From an uncultured Nitrososphaerota archaeon (lineage in GTDB: Archaea > Korarchaeota > Korarchaeia > Korarchaeales > Korarchaeaceae): DNA of 64,000 nt. This document shows positions 18,238-27,817 of the stretch, piece by piece; position 1 is the first letter of the stretch, and every line of letters starts with the position of its first letter. A model generated the notes under the pieces. The model made no database searches. It saw nothing but the letters and a program-made list of their open reading frames with translations, and was not told the origin of the DNA. Both the position numbers and the translations under genes were made by a program. The stretch lies in the NCBI GenBank assembly GCA_964594835.1, contig CAZQNA010000002.1:128001-192000 (forward strand), written 5' to 3'.

Positions 18238-19197
18238 GTGAGCCCCTCGCCAATAAACCTCCGCGTCCGCGGGGCCAAGCCCGAGTACGCCATCGCCCTG
18301 GCGATAGCGCTCACCCTCCTGGCCTTCTTCTGGCCCGCCATAGCCCCATCCGGCGCGGTTGACCCGGAGGACTTGACGCTCGTGGGGCCGGGCGCAGAGC
18401 TGGCGTCTCGGGCGCTGGAGAACTCCTCCTCCCTGGCCTACGACTCCCTCTGGGTGGACGTCGACCAGGCCCCGATAGCCCTCGCCGGCGCCGCGGCGTC
18501 GCGGTCCCTGGAGATGCTGGCCAGGGCGGAGAGGGCCGCGGAGGAGATGAGGGGCACGGATCTGGCCCTCAGGGTGCTCGAGGCGTCCAGGTCCTATCGG
18601 GCCGAGGCGGTCGCGGCCGGCTCGTCCTCCAGGGCGGCCTCGGCGCTCGACGCGGTCCGACCATCTGTCTGGAGGGCCGTGGACCTCCTCACATCCGGGG
18701 ACGTCTGGGGCGCGCTGGACGTTTGGTCCGGAGTCGCGTCGGACGTCAGGAGGGCCAGGGAGGACGTGGGGTGGGCCCTCCTCAACCTCTCCACGGTGGA
18801 CGAGTCGTCCCTCCTCTCGGAGTCCCACGTCAGGTCCCTGGGGGAGTCCAGGGAGAGGCTCGAGGCCCTGGCCAGGGAGCTCGACGTGATACTGGCCCTC
18901 TTCTCCCTCGTGGAGAGGAATCCCGAGGCGGCCCAGAGGGCCCTGTCGGCGGCCGCGGCCGCCAGGGACGGCGAACTCTCCCCGGAGGAGGCCCTGAAGG
19001 TCCTCACGTCCCCCGGCGTCGGGGAGTTCGTGTCCGGGGTGTCTGCGCTCAGCCCTGGCGACGCGGGCAGGTTCGGGGGCCAGGTCTCGCAGCTCAGGGC
19101 GCTCATCGACGCCCTGAGGGGGGCGGCCCAGGGAGGTCAGGCCGGGGCCCCGGGTCAGGGGTCCGGGGCGGGGTGGGGAGGGAGGCCCGATGACTAG
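18238..19197 (+). CDS. membrane-anchored Ala-rich helical protein
   Basis: In-frame GTG at 18238 precedes a TM segment; lies within the DUF58-VWA operon. Confidence 0.65.
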   Translation: MSPSPINLRVRGAKPEYAIALAIALTLLAFFWPAIAPSGAVDPEDLTLVGPGAELASRALENSSSLAYDSLWVDVDQAPIALAGAAASRSLEMLARAERAAEEMRGTDLALRVLEASRSYRAEAVAAGSSSRAASALDAVRPSVWRAVDLLTSGDVWGALDVWSGVASDVRRAREDVGWALLNLSTVDESSLLSESHVRSLGESRERLEALARELDVILALFSLVERNPEAAQRALSAAAAARDGELSPEEALKVLTSPGVGEFVSGVSALSPGDAGRFGGQVSQLRALIDALRGAAQGGQAGAPGQGSGAGWGGRPDD

Positions 19198-20137
19198 CGT
19201 GGGGCTCGAGAGGCCTTGGGCCCTCCTTGCGGCGCCGGTTGGGCTCTTCCTCCTCCTCACCCTGGCCAGGAGGGCCCTCGGGCTCGTGAGGGCGATCGAG
19301 TCCTCCATGGACCCCGCGGGAAGGCCGGCCGGCAGGAGGGCGCTGGTCGCCTCGCTGGCGGCCAGGGCGGCGCTCGTGATCTCGCTGGCGCTGCTGGCCG
19401 CCGGCCCATACGTCGTGAGGGTCGAGAGGGTCTCGGTCACGCCCGACAGCCCCCTGCTCTCCCGCGCCGAGGCCCAGATCGTGATCCTCCTGGACGCCTC
19501 CAAGAGCATGGGCTACCCCCTCGGGGCCGGCGGCGGGACGAGGATGGAGGCGGCTGTGGAGGCGGTGATGGGCATCCTCAGGTCCCTGTCGCCCGGGGAC
19601 CTCGTCACCCTGATAGCCTTCGCCGGAGACGCCGAGGTCCTGGCCTCAGGCCCGTCCGGGGAGGTGGCCCGGTACCTCGAGGGGCTGGAGGCGGACAGGA
19701 ACTTCACGTCCCTGGGAGACGCCCTCGTGGCGGCCCTCGCGGCCGCATCCTCCTCCGGGAGGCCCACGGCCGTCGTCCTCGTCTCTGACGGGGGTAACAA
19801 CGGCGGGACAGACCCGATCGAGGCTGCGAGGAGGTTAGGGGAGGCGGGGATCCCCCTCCTGGTCATCCAGGTCGGGCGGGGGGCCAGCGCGGACCCGGCC
19901 CTCATGGCTGACGTGGCGAGGTCGGCGGGCGGGGAGTTCAGGTGGCTCGGGGAGATGGACGAATCGGCCATCGAGTCCCTGGCCGCCGAGGCCGCGAGGA
20001 CGGCCAAGTACGAGGCCCTCAGGGCGGCGGGCAGGGCGTACGTCGAGGTGGAGGTGACGGACGAGAGGGGCCCAAGGACCCTCCTGAGCGCTGCCTCGGC
20101 GGTCCTCCTCCTCCTGGCCCTGGCCGGGGGTGCGTGA
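19190..20137 (+). CDS. BatA-like VWA domain membrane protein
   Basis: ERPWALL N-terminus, MIDAS DASKSM, TSLGDAL, VSDGGNN. Confidence 0.88.
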   Translation: MTSVGLERPWALLAAPVGLFLLLTLARRALGLVRAIESSMDPAGRPAGRRALVASLAARAALVISLALLAAGPYVVRVERVSVTPDSPLLSRAEAQIVILLDASKSMGYPLGAGGGTRMEAAVEAVMGILRSLSPGDLVTLIAFAGDAEVLASGPSGEVARYLEGLEADRNFTSLGDALVAALAAASSSGRPTAVVLVSDGGNNGGTDPIEAARRLGEAGIPLLVIQVGRGASADPALMADVARSAGGEFRWLGEMDESAIESLAAEAARTAKYEALRAAGRAYVEVEVTDERGPRTLLSAASAVLLLLALAGGA

Positions 20138-21113
20138 GATGGAGCTAGGGGTGGGCGCGTGGGCCGCCGCTCTGGCCTTGGCCTGTCCCATACTGGGGCT
20201 CGCCCTCAGGAGGAGGCTCGCCTCGTCTCCCCCGGTTAGGGTGACCTACCCGCTGGCCGGACTGCTCCACCCACCTGAGAGGCGGGCCCGCGTCGGGAGG
20301 AGGGCCCTCCTGGCGGCGGCCCTCGTCGCCCTGACGGTGGGCCTCCTGTCCCCGACGATCACCGTGGAGAGGGAGGTGAGGGTCCAGGCCTCGGGCGAGG
20401 TCCAGGCCTCCCTCCAGATAGCCAGACCGGCGGTCGTCCTGCTGGTCGACGTCTCCGGCAGCATGGGCGAGCCCCTCCCGGGGGGCGTCAAGATTGAGGC
20501 CGCGAGGGAGGCCGCCCTCAGGTTCGTGGAGGGCCTGCCCGAGGGGGTGGACGTGGGCCTGATAGCGTTCTCCGACCGAGTCGAGCTCTCAGTCCCCCCC
20601 ACGGGGAACAGGTCCAGGCTCGAGGGGGCGATCTCGGAGCTGACGGCCTCCGGCGGGACAATGTACTCCTATCCCCTCTCCTCGGCCCTGGCCTGGGTCA
20701 GGGGATACAGGGCCTTCAACGCCACCTGCGCGGTGGTCATCGTGACCGACGGCCTGCCGGCCGACAGGGTCGAGTACAGGGGGCTGCTGAGCTCGTTCAG
20801 GGAGATCGGGGTCCCGGTCCACGCGGTCTTCATAGGCCCGCCGGGCTCGGAGGGGGAGGGGGAGACCAGGCTCATAGCGAGGGAGACCGGGGGCACGCAG
20901 CACACGGCGGAGACCGTCGGCGACCTCGTCGACGCGCTCTCCGAGCTCTCCTCCCGGATATCAGAGGCCGTCGCCAGCGCCCAGTTCGAGGCAGAGGTGA
21001 GGGTCCCCGTCTCGGAGAGGGTGGACCTCGGCTGGCCCCTGGTCCTCGCCGGGCTGGCGCTCTACGCGTCTTACTGGGCGGTCGCCCTGCGGGACGAGGG
21101 GACTCGGTTCTGA
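20130..21113 (+). CDS. VWA domain membrane protein
   Basis: DVSGSM, GGT, VTDG; N- and C-terminal TM helices. Confidence 0.88.
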   Translation: MREMELGVGAWAAALALACPILGLALRRRLASSPPVRVTYPLAGLLHPPERRARVGRRALLAAALVALTVGLLSPTITVEREVRVQASGEVQASLQIARPAVVLLVDVSGSMGEPLPGGVKIEAAREAALRFVEGLPEGVDVGLIAFSDRVELSVPPTGNRSRLEGAISELTASGGTMYSYPLSSALAWVRGYRAFNATCAVVIVTDGLPADRVEYRGLLSSFREIGVPVHAVFIGPPGSEGEGETRLIARETGGTQHTAETVGDLVDALSELSSRISEAVASAQFEAEVRVPVSERVDLGWPLVLAGLALYASYWAVALRDEGTRF

Positions 21114-21817
21114 GTACACCGAATGGACCAGTCTCGGCCGCCGGAGGACCTCACGCGGTCCAGCAGGATGAGGAGGGCCCCGGCCGCCGCTAGGTAAAGG
21201 GTCCTGAGGGCCTGGCTGCGACCCGGGTGGACCCTGGCCTGCAGGCTCATGAAGGCGTCGCAGTCCACGGTCGCGTTGGGGGGCAGGGGGTGGTCGAGCT
21301 CCGACACGGCGACGACCAGGGCGTGCCACCTCCCCTCCCCCGGGACCTCTGCCTCCCCGCTCAGGTACCCCCAGGACCACTTCGGCCTCTCCAGCTGGGC
21401 CCGGCTGGAGGCCAGCTCCTCAGCCCTGCTGGCCAGGTCCAGGGGGTCGCTGGACAGCACGGAGAGCGGGAGCCCCAAGGCACGCCCCTCGCTCGCTGGC
21501 AGGACGAGGACCTCCCCGCCCACCGGCCTGGGGCTCAGGGTGGCCGGGGGTGTGCCCTGGGGGTGGGGAACAGGGGGCGCCGCGAAGGCCTGGGGCACGG
21601 ACGCGCTCACCGAGATCTGGACGCCCTCCACCTCCCCCACCTCGAACTCCTCGCTCGCCGCCACGGTCACTATCCGATCTCCGGAGGCCAGGCACCTCAC
21701 CCTCGAGCCCAGGGGGGATATGTGGCTGGCCCCCGCCCTCTCCGCGGCAACGAGGCCCAGGATACCCCCGACCGCCAGGCAGATGATCAGGACCCCGGCC
21801 GCCCCCACCGACGACAT
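21071..21817 (-). CDS. hypothetical protein with N- and C-terminal TM helices
   Basis: Last gene of the ABC operon; hydrophobic termini. Confidence 0.6.
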   Translation of the reverse strand: MSSVGAAGVLIICLAVGGILGLVAAERAGASHISPLGSRVRCLASGDRIVTVAASEEFEVGEVEGVQISVSASVPQAFAAPPVPHPQGTPPATLSPRPVGGEVLVLPASEGRALGLPLSVLSSDPLDLASRAEELASSRAQLERPKWSWGYLSGEAEVPGEGRWHALVVAVSELDHPLPPNATVDCDAFMSLQARVHPGRSQALRTLYLAAAGALLILLDRVRSSGGRDWSIRCTQNRVPSSRRATAQ

Positions 21818-21820
21818 CCC

Positions 21821-22573
21821 TCAGGTCACCTCCAGCCTCCTGCCGACCCACAGCGCGAACCCCGCCTGGACGGCGGCAGCGAGGGACCCGGACACGATCG
21901 CGGGGACCCACCAGGGGCTTGGGACGGCGGCGCCGATCAGCTCCGAGGTGGCCGGGAGGACCCACCCCACCAGGCCCGCGACCAGGGTCTGCCTTCCCGT
22001 GAGGGCGCCCAGCGACGCCAGCGCCACCCCCACGACCGCCGGCATCAGGAGGACCACCGCCAGGCCGTAGGCGGACACCACACCCTTCCTCCTCAGGAGC
22101 GCGACCCAGAGGATCGACCCGAAGACGAGGCAGTCCTCGACCGCCCTGTAGATCAGGGGCTCGGTCACGACTCCGGTGACGAGCCTCGGGTCGAGGATGG
22201 CTATCGGCACCAGCGGGGCCAGGACCTCGACCGCCACCGGGATCCACACCGCGGCGGCCAGCCAAGCGGCGGCGTACTCCTCCCTCCTGATGGGGAGGCT
22301 CAGGTGGAACGCCGCCTCGGATCTAAGCTCCTCCGCCAGGCCCGCGGCCAGCGAGAAGGACACGATACCGAAGATCAGGTGGGAGAACATCAGGCTCGTG
22401 CTGACGGCGTTGGTCGGGATCCTGCCCGGGAGGATCGCCACCTGGGAGACGGCCGCCCCGAGCCCGAACACCCCCGCCGCCAGCGAGGCCACCAGCGCCC
22501 CCAGGGGGACCGCGTAGGAGTTCCTCCCGAGGGAGACGGACAGGTACTCCTCCAGCACTTCAAGCAGCCTCAC
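21821..22573 (-). CDS. ABC-2-type permease
   Basis: About six TM segments, HLSLPIRREE motif, coupled to ABC ATPase. Confidence 0.75.
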   Translation of the reverse strand: MRLLEVLEEYLSVSLGRNSYAVPLGALVASLAAGVFGLGAAVSQVAILPGRIPTNAVSTSLMFSHLIFGIVSFSLAAGLAEELRSEAAFHLSLPIRREEYAAAWLAAAVWIPVAVEVLAPLVPIAILDPRLVTGVVTEPLIYRAVEDCLVFGSILWVALLRRKGVVSAYGLAVVLLMPAVVGVALASLGALTGRQTLVAGLVGWVLPATSELIGAAVPSPWWVPAIVSGSLAAAVQAGFALWVGRRLEVT

Positions 22574-23474
22574 GGAGCACCACCCTCCTGTACAGGTCCA
22601 TGAGCCCGGCCGACCCGGACGAGATCACCCGAATCCCGGGGATCGAGGCCACCTCGGCCTGGGCAAGCTCCAGGGAGCCGGGCGCCACCCTTGCGGAGAC
22701 CGATTCCCCGTCGACCTCCACCGCCTCCACAAAGTCCAGAGAGATGAGCCTGGCCGCCACCTCCCTGGGCCTACGCGCCCTCAGCACGATCCGGGCCTGG
22801 GTCCCGTACCTCCTCGCCAGGTCCTCCAGCGGGCCGTAGTCGAGGATCACGCCCTCGGATATGAAGGCGGCGGAGTCGCAGACCCGCTCCAGCTCGGGGA
22901 TGATGTGGGACGACACCAGCATGGTCACGCCGAGCTCCCCCCTGAGGGTGTTCATCAGGTCCAGGATCTCCACCCTGGCCGCCGGGTCCAGGTTTGCGGT
23001 GGGCTCGTCGAGGAGCAGGAGGTCCGGCTCCCCCATGATCGCCAGAGACAGGCCGAGCCTCTGGAGGTAGCCCCGGCTGAGGGCCGAGACCCTCATCTCC
23101 AAGTGCTCCGAGAGCCCGGCCAGCCTCGCCGCCCTCCGGGCGTCCTCAGGGCCGAGGCCCCTAACCCTCGCGGCGTACCTGAGCAGCCTCCACACGTCCA
23201 CGTCCGTCGGGTACATCGGCCTCTCGTGGAGCATCCCGACCCTCTGCCTGACCCTGTGCCCCTCCTTCCAGGGATCCATGCCCAGGACCTCAACCTCCCC
23301 CCGGCTCGGCCTCAGGAGGCCCACCAGTATCTTGAGGGTGGTGGTCTTCCCCGCCCCGTTTGGGCCCAGCAGGCCCGTGGCCGATCCCTCTCTCACCTCG
23401 AACGAGACCTCGCGGAGCGCCTGAACTCGGCCAAACCGCTTGCTCAACCCCCTGACCGAAACGGCGAGCCCCAA
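22560..23474 (-). CDS. ABC transporter ATP-binding protein
   Basis: GPNGAGKTT, LSRGYLQR, LLLDEPT, SSH. Confidence 0.95.
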   Translation of the reverse strand: MGLAVSVRGLSKRFGRVQALREVSFEVREGSATGLLGPNGAGKTTTLKILVGLLRPSRGEVEVLGMDPWKEGHRVRQRVGMLHERPMYPTDVDVWRLLRYAARVRGLGPEDARRAARLAGLSEHLEMRVSALSRGYLQRLGLSLAIMGEPDLLLLDEPTANLDPAARVEILDLMNTLRGELGVTMLVSSHIIPELERVCDSAAFISEGVILDYGPLEDLARRYGTQARIVLRARRPREVAARLISLDFVEAVEVDGESVSARVAPGSLELAQAEVASIPGIRVISSGSAGLMDLYRRVVLREAA

Positions 23475-23498
23475 CGGGTCCCGTCCTCCCAGGGGCGC

Positions 23499-23786
23499 TC
23501 ACTCCTGCCTCTTGGTGAAGGAGTGAGTCGGGATTATGGTGTGGGTGTCCCTCACGCCGGGGATCTTGGTTATCTTGTCGAGCACGACGTCCATGACCTC
23601 CTCCTCGGAGGGGGCGACGATGTCCCTCCTAACCCTCAGGACCGCGAGGACGTCGTAGTCACCGGGGACGATATGGGCCTCCTCGACCTCCGGCAGCTCC
23701 ATCACCCTCCTGATGACGTCCTTCTCCTTTCCGAGGTCCGTGGACAGCAAGACAAATGCCCTGGCGTACCTCTTCATCTCGTACAT
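23499..23786 (-). CDS. stand-alone Lrp/AsnC ligand-binding domain protein
   Basis: AFVLL...LPEVEEAHIVPGDYDVL...KIPGVRDTHTII. Confidence 0.88.
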   Translation of the reverse strand: MYEMKRYARAFVLLSTDLGKEKDVIRRVMELPEVEEAHIVPGDYDVLAVLRVRRDIVAPSEEEVMDVVLDKITKIPGVRDTHTIIPTHSFTKRQE

Positions 23787-23926
23787 GCTATCCACCGTGC
23801 GCGGGCGATGGCCGGCCAATTTTAACGTATCTGAGGTTGGGCCGCCGGTCGGCCGGGCGCCCAAAGTCCAGCCTCACGCTCGGCCCCTCCAGATTGCGCG
23901 GGGCCGGGGGCGGACCGCCGAGGCGG

Positions 23927-24772
23927 TCACCCGACCCCCTTCAGCGCCGACTCCAGGATGCCGGCCATCTCCTCGATTGAGAGGACGCTGGGGGGAACCC
24001 CAAGATCTCCGAGCCTCTGGGCCAGCCTCGTTATCTGCGGCGGCTTGATGTTGGCCCGGGCCAGCACCTCGGCCTGAGCGAAGACCTCCCTCGTGGGACC
24101 GTCGAGGAGTATCCTGCCGTCGGCCATGGCGACGGTCCTCTCCGCGTACTTGGCCACGATGGGCATGTCGTGGGTGATTATGATGATCGTGTGCCCGTGC
24201 TCCCGGTTCAGCATCGTCAGGAAGTCCATGATGTCTATCGACTGCTTGAAGTCCTGCCCGGTGGTGGGCTCGTCCACTATGATGACTCTCGGCCTCATGG
24301 CGAGTATGCTGGCTATCGCGACCCTCTGCCTGAGCCCCTTGCTCAGGAAGAACGGGTGCTCCTCCCTGTACGACTCGTCCAGCCCGACGATCCTCATGGC
24401 CTCCGTCACGCGCTCCTCGACCTCCTCCTCGGGGAGCTTCAGGTTCCTCGGGCCGTAGGCTATCTCGTCGTAGACGGTCTGGTTGAACAGCTGGTGGTCC
24501 GGGTTCTGGAAGATGTACCCCACCAGCGTCGCCAGCTCGGACATGGGCGCCTCCTTGGTGTTCCTCCCGAACACCCACACGTCCCCGGTGGTGGGCTTGA
24601 GCAGGCCGGAGATGTTCTTGCTCAGCGTGGTCTTTCCTGATCCGTTCTGCCCTATGAACGCCAGGAACTCGCCCTCCCGTATCGTCAGCGAGGCCTCCCT
24701 CAGCCCCACGGTCCCGTCCGGGTACACGTAGCTGATGTGATCTACCCTGACCGCCTCTCCCACGCGCGTCAC
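23927..24772 (-). CDS. ecfA2: ECF transporter ATPase (A')
   Basis: GQNGSGKTT, FQNPDHQLF, DEPTTGQD. Confidence 0.9.
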   Translation of the reverse strand: MTRVGEAVRVDHISYVYPDGTVGLREASLTIREGEFLAFIGQNGSGKTTLSKNISGLLKPTTGDVWVFGRNTKEAPMSELATLVGYIFQNPDHQLFNQTVYDEIAYGPRNLKLPEEEVEERVTEAMRIVGLDESYREEHPFFLSKGLRQRVAIASILAMRPRVIIVDEPTTGQDFKQSIDIMDFLTMLNREHGHTIIIITHDMPIVAKYAERTVAMADGRILLDGPTREVFAQAEVLARANIKPPQITRLAQRLGDLGVPPSVLSIEEMAGILESALKGVG

Positions 24773-25638
24773 CTCCTCCCCAAGATCTCCCTCACTATCC
24801 CCTCGGCCTCGTCCACGGTCATGGGCACCGGGCCGTCGTAAAGCCCGCGCCTCCTCAGCTCGTTGGCCAGCACCATCACGTCCGGCGGGAACACGTCGTG
24901 CTCCAGCAGGAAGTCGATGTCCTGGAAGAACTCCCTGGGCGGGGCGACCTTCGGTATCGTGCCGTGGTAGACGAGGACCATCTTGTCCGCCAGCGGGGCT
25001 ATGTCCTCCAGCCGGTGCTCTATGACGATCACGGTGGCGTTGTACCTCCTCTTCATCTCGGTCAGGACCTCTATCACCTCGGTCTTGCCTATCGGGTCCA
25101 GCATTGAGGTCGGCTCGTCAAGCACGATGATCTTGGGCCTCATGGCCAGCACGCTCGCTATGGCCACTCTCTGCTTCTCCCCGCCGCTGAGCTCGTAGGG
25201 GGGCTTCTCTAGGTAGTCCTCCGGTATGTTCGTCAGCTCCAGGGCCCACCACATCCTCTCCTCTATCTCCTCCCTCGGCAGCCCCCTGTTCTCCAGGGCG
25301 AAGACGACCTCCTCCTCGACCGTCATCGAGAGGAACTGGCTCTCCGGGTCCGGGAACACGAAGCCCACGCTCTCGGCTATCTCGGCTACGGGGTGCTCCC
25401 TGGTGTCCATCCCGTCCACGACCACCCGGCCCTGCATCACGCCGGGGTAGTTGTTCGGGATCAGCCCGTTGATGCTCATGGCCAGGGTCGTCTTCCCGGA
25501 GTCGTTCGGGCCAACTATTCCCACGAACTCCCCCTGGTGAATCTCCAGGTCCACGCCCTTCAGGACCCAGTCCCTGGAGCCCTCGTACTTCCACCTGAGC
25601 CCCTCGACCCTTATCACGGGTTCCGCCAATCCCATCAC
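24769..25638 (-). CDS. ecfA1: ECF transporter ATPase (A)
   Basis: GPNDSGKTT, LSGGEKQR, LDEPTSMLDP. Confidence 0.9.
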   Translation of the reverse strand: MMGLAEPVIRVEGLRWKYEGSRDWVLKGVDLEIHQGEFVGIVGPNDSGKTTLAMSINGLIPNNYPGVMQGRVVVDGMDTREHPVAEIAESVGFVFPDPESQFLSMTVEEEVVFALENRGLPREEIEERMWWALELTNIPEDYLEKPPYELSGGEKQRVAIASVLAMRPKIIVLDEPTSMLDPIGKTEVIEVLTEMKRRYNATVIVIEHRLEDIAPLADKMVLVYHGTIPKVAPPREFFQDIDFLLEHDVFPPDVMVLANELRRRGLYDGPVPMTVDEAEGIVREILGRR

Positions 25639-25639
25639 C

Positions 25640-26491
25640 TCATATCCTGTAGAGGAGGGAGCTCTCCAGCGCGAGCCAGTCGGTGTAGATGCTGATCAGT
25701 ACGATCCCGACGAGGAAAACTCCCATTCCGGCCAGGACCAGGTAGTCGAGCTTGGTCATCCTGTACTTGGAGAGGATGTAGTCGGTCCTCCTGCCAGACT
25801 TCAGCCCCGTGAACCTGAACCCCCTGGAGTCGAGGGCGTTGGACACCTCGTCCGACCTCCTTATGGCAAGGGCGACGAGGGGGACGATGTACATGCCGAA
25901 CTTCTTCACCTTCTCGGAGAAGGGGAGGGCCTGCAGGTCGAGGGCTCGGGCCTTCTCGGCCTCCCTTATCGTGTTGAAGTCGATTATCGAGAGGCCTATG
26001 GACCTCAGGGCCAGGCCGGCCATGTAGGCCAGCATGAAGGGCACCTTGAGGGCCCTGAGCCCAACCACAATGTCCCTCTCCCTCATGGTGCTGAGGAAGA
26101 AGATCATGATCAGGATGGCGAAGATCAGCTGGATGTACACCACCATTGCCCACCTGAGGTTCTCCCAGCACACCTTCACCGGCCCCAGCTCGATCAGCAC
26201 CCTGTAGTCCGGGTTGTACCCGCCGAAGAACGTGTAGGCGATGGCTATGACGAAGAACAGGTTGACGAAGGCCATCTTGTAGTTCTTGATCACCCTCAGG
26301 TCCACCTTCGACGCCTTGAACAGCGCCAGCATGAAGATGGAGCCCGCGACGTTCAGCTCCGGGAGCCTGACTATCATGGGGTAGGCGCTGACGATCAGGA
26401 GGAACATGAGCCTCGTCATGGGGTGCAGCCTGAATATGGGGGAGTCCACGGGAAGATACCCCAGGAGGGACCTCCTCATCTTGGCGGGCAT
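25640..26491 (-). CDS. ecfT: ECF transporter T component
   Basis: DSPIFRLHP, EAEKARA, ALDSRGF conserved Arg motifs. Confidence 0.9.
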   Translation of the reverse strand: MPAKMRRSLLGYLPVDSPIFRLHPMTRLMFLLIVSAYPMIVRLPELNVAGSIFMLALFKASKVDLRVIKNYKMAFVNLFFVIAIAYTFFGGYNPDYRVLIELGPVKVCWENLRWAMVVYIQLIFAILIMIFFLSTMRERDIVVGLRALKVPFMLAYMAGLALRSIGLSIIDFNTIREAEKARALDLQALPFSEKVKKFGMYIVPLVALAIRRSDEVSNALDSRGFRFTGLKSGRRTDYILSKYRMTKLDYLVLAGMGVFLVGIVLISIYTDWLALESSLLYRI

Positions 26492-26557
26492 CTCATCTCA
26501 CTCTCTCCACTGGACCCATTCGCCTGGGCGGAAAAATAGGGTTGGAGAGCCGGGCCC

Positions 26558-27163
26558 TCAGGCCCACCAACCCTTGACGAAGGACCTGTGCCTCACAACC
26601 AGCGGCGAGAGCGCCTTGAGGAGGATGGCGCCGAAGATCAGGGCCGGGACTCCGTTGCCTATGGTCCAGCCGGAGAAGAACAGCGGAACGGACTCCACGG
26701 TGATGAGGCCGAACCACTGCAGGGCGGTCACGGCCCAGGCCGCGCCGAGGATGTTGTTCACGATGACGCCGAAGACGAGGAAGAGGACCCAGTCCCTGCC
26801 GCTCTTGAGGCTCGGGTCGGCCTTGAAGTACCTGAAGGCCCAGGCGGGCAGGAGGCCCTGAATGAGGTTGGATGGCAGGTAGGCGAAGCTCACGTACAGG
26901 GGCGCCCCGGCCAGCGAGTTGGAGATGAAGGGGAAGAGGAAACCGGCGATTACCCCCCACATCCCGAACCATATCCCGCCGACCGCCTGCACAGCCACTC
27001 CCGGCCAGAAGCCCGTCACGCCGTATCCCAGCGGGACCGACAGGCTACCGAAGGTACCGGCGACGGCTCCCACTCCTATCAAAAGGGCCATTATGGCTAT
27101 GTGGATCGTGCCGGGCTTCCTGATCTCCCCCGGCTCCCTGTCCCAAACGGTCTTGGCCATCAT
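26558..27163 (-). CDS. ECF transporter substrate-specific S component
   Basis: Multi-TM protein heading the ecfTAA operon; GIWFGMWG..GFL pattern. Confidence 0.75.
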   Translation of the reverse strand: MMAKTVWDREPGEIRKPGTIHIAIMALLIGVGAVAGTFGSLSVPLGYGVTGFWPGVAVQAVGGIWFGMWGVIAGFLFPFISNSLAGAPLYVSFAYLPSNLIQGLLPAWAFRYFKADPSLKSGRDWVLFLVFGVIVNNILGAAWAVTALQWFGLITVESVPLFFSGWTIGNGVPALIFGAILLKALSPLVVRHRSFVKGWWA

Positions 27164-27334
27164 TCTCACCAGTTTCAGATCGGGTGAGGGTTCGACGGGA
27201 GCAGGACAAAATTAAGGTTACCTTCGACAAACGTACCAGGGCCGGCCCCGGGCGCAACGCTTTTTAATCGGCGCCCGAGCGTCCCGGCAACGCCCCCAGG
27301 GAGGGATGGAATGTGGGGGATCTAGTTTGGTCGC

Positions 27335-27817
27335 GTGACTAGGTCTGTCCGCCCCGGCGTAGGCCCTGTTTCGGAGATCCTCGCCATCTCGGCGGGGGAA
27401 CCGACTCTGAGGGTGTCTCTGGTATCCATCTCTTCTCTGAGGCCCCACGAGCGGCACCTGCCTTTCAGGAGAGAGGAGCTGAGGCGCCAGATCCTCGAGG
27501 ATGGTGCCTTGAGGGTCCCCGTGCTCGTCGACGGCCTGACCGGCGCCCTCCTCGACGGCCACCACAGGGTCGCGGCCCTGAGGTCCCTCGGCGCGGGCCT
27601 CGTCCCGGCCGCGGTCGTGGACTACTCATCGCCGGAGATAGAGGTTAGGCCCAGGAGGGTCGACGTGCCCGTCTCCAAGGCGCTCGTCAGGGCGACGGCA
27701 CGGTCTGGACGCCTCCTGCCTCCCAAGACCACGGGGCACGTGCTTCCAACGGAGCTGCCGGAGGTGGACGTACCCCTGAGCGACCTTCTGATTGAGAGGG
27801 AGGTGGATGAGGAGTGA
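27335..27817 (+). CDS. ParB/Srx-fold protein, SerK/SbnI-like putative free-serine kinase
   Basis: [24 protein letters not shown]....VDVPLSDL motifs. Confidence 0.7.
   Translation: MTRSVRPGVGPVSEILAISAGEPTLRVSLVSISSLRPHERHLPFRREELRRQILEDGALRVPVLVDGLTGALLDGHHRVAALRSLGAGLVPAAVVDYSSPEIEVRPRRVDVPVSKALVRATARSGRLLPPKTTGHVLPTELPEVDVPLSDLLIEREVDEE

Noticed and set aside
27335-27817. Chromosome-partition ParB
   Set aside because: No HTH or dimerisation domain, no parA neighbour; C-terminal motifs match the SerK/SbnI branch
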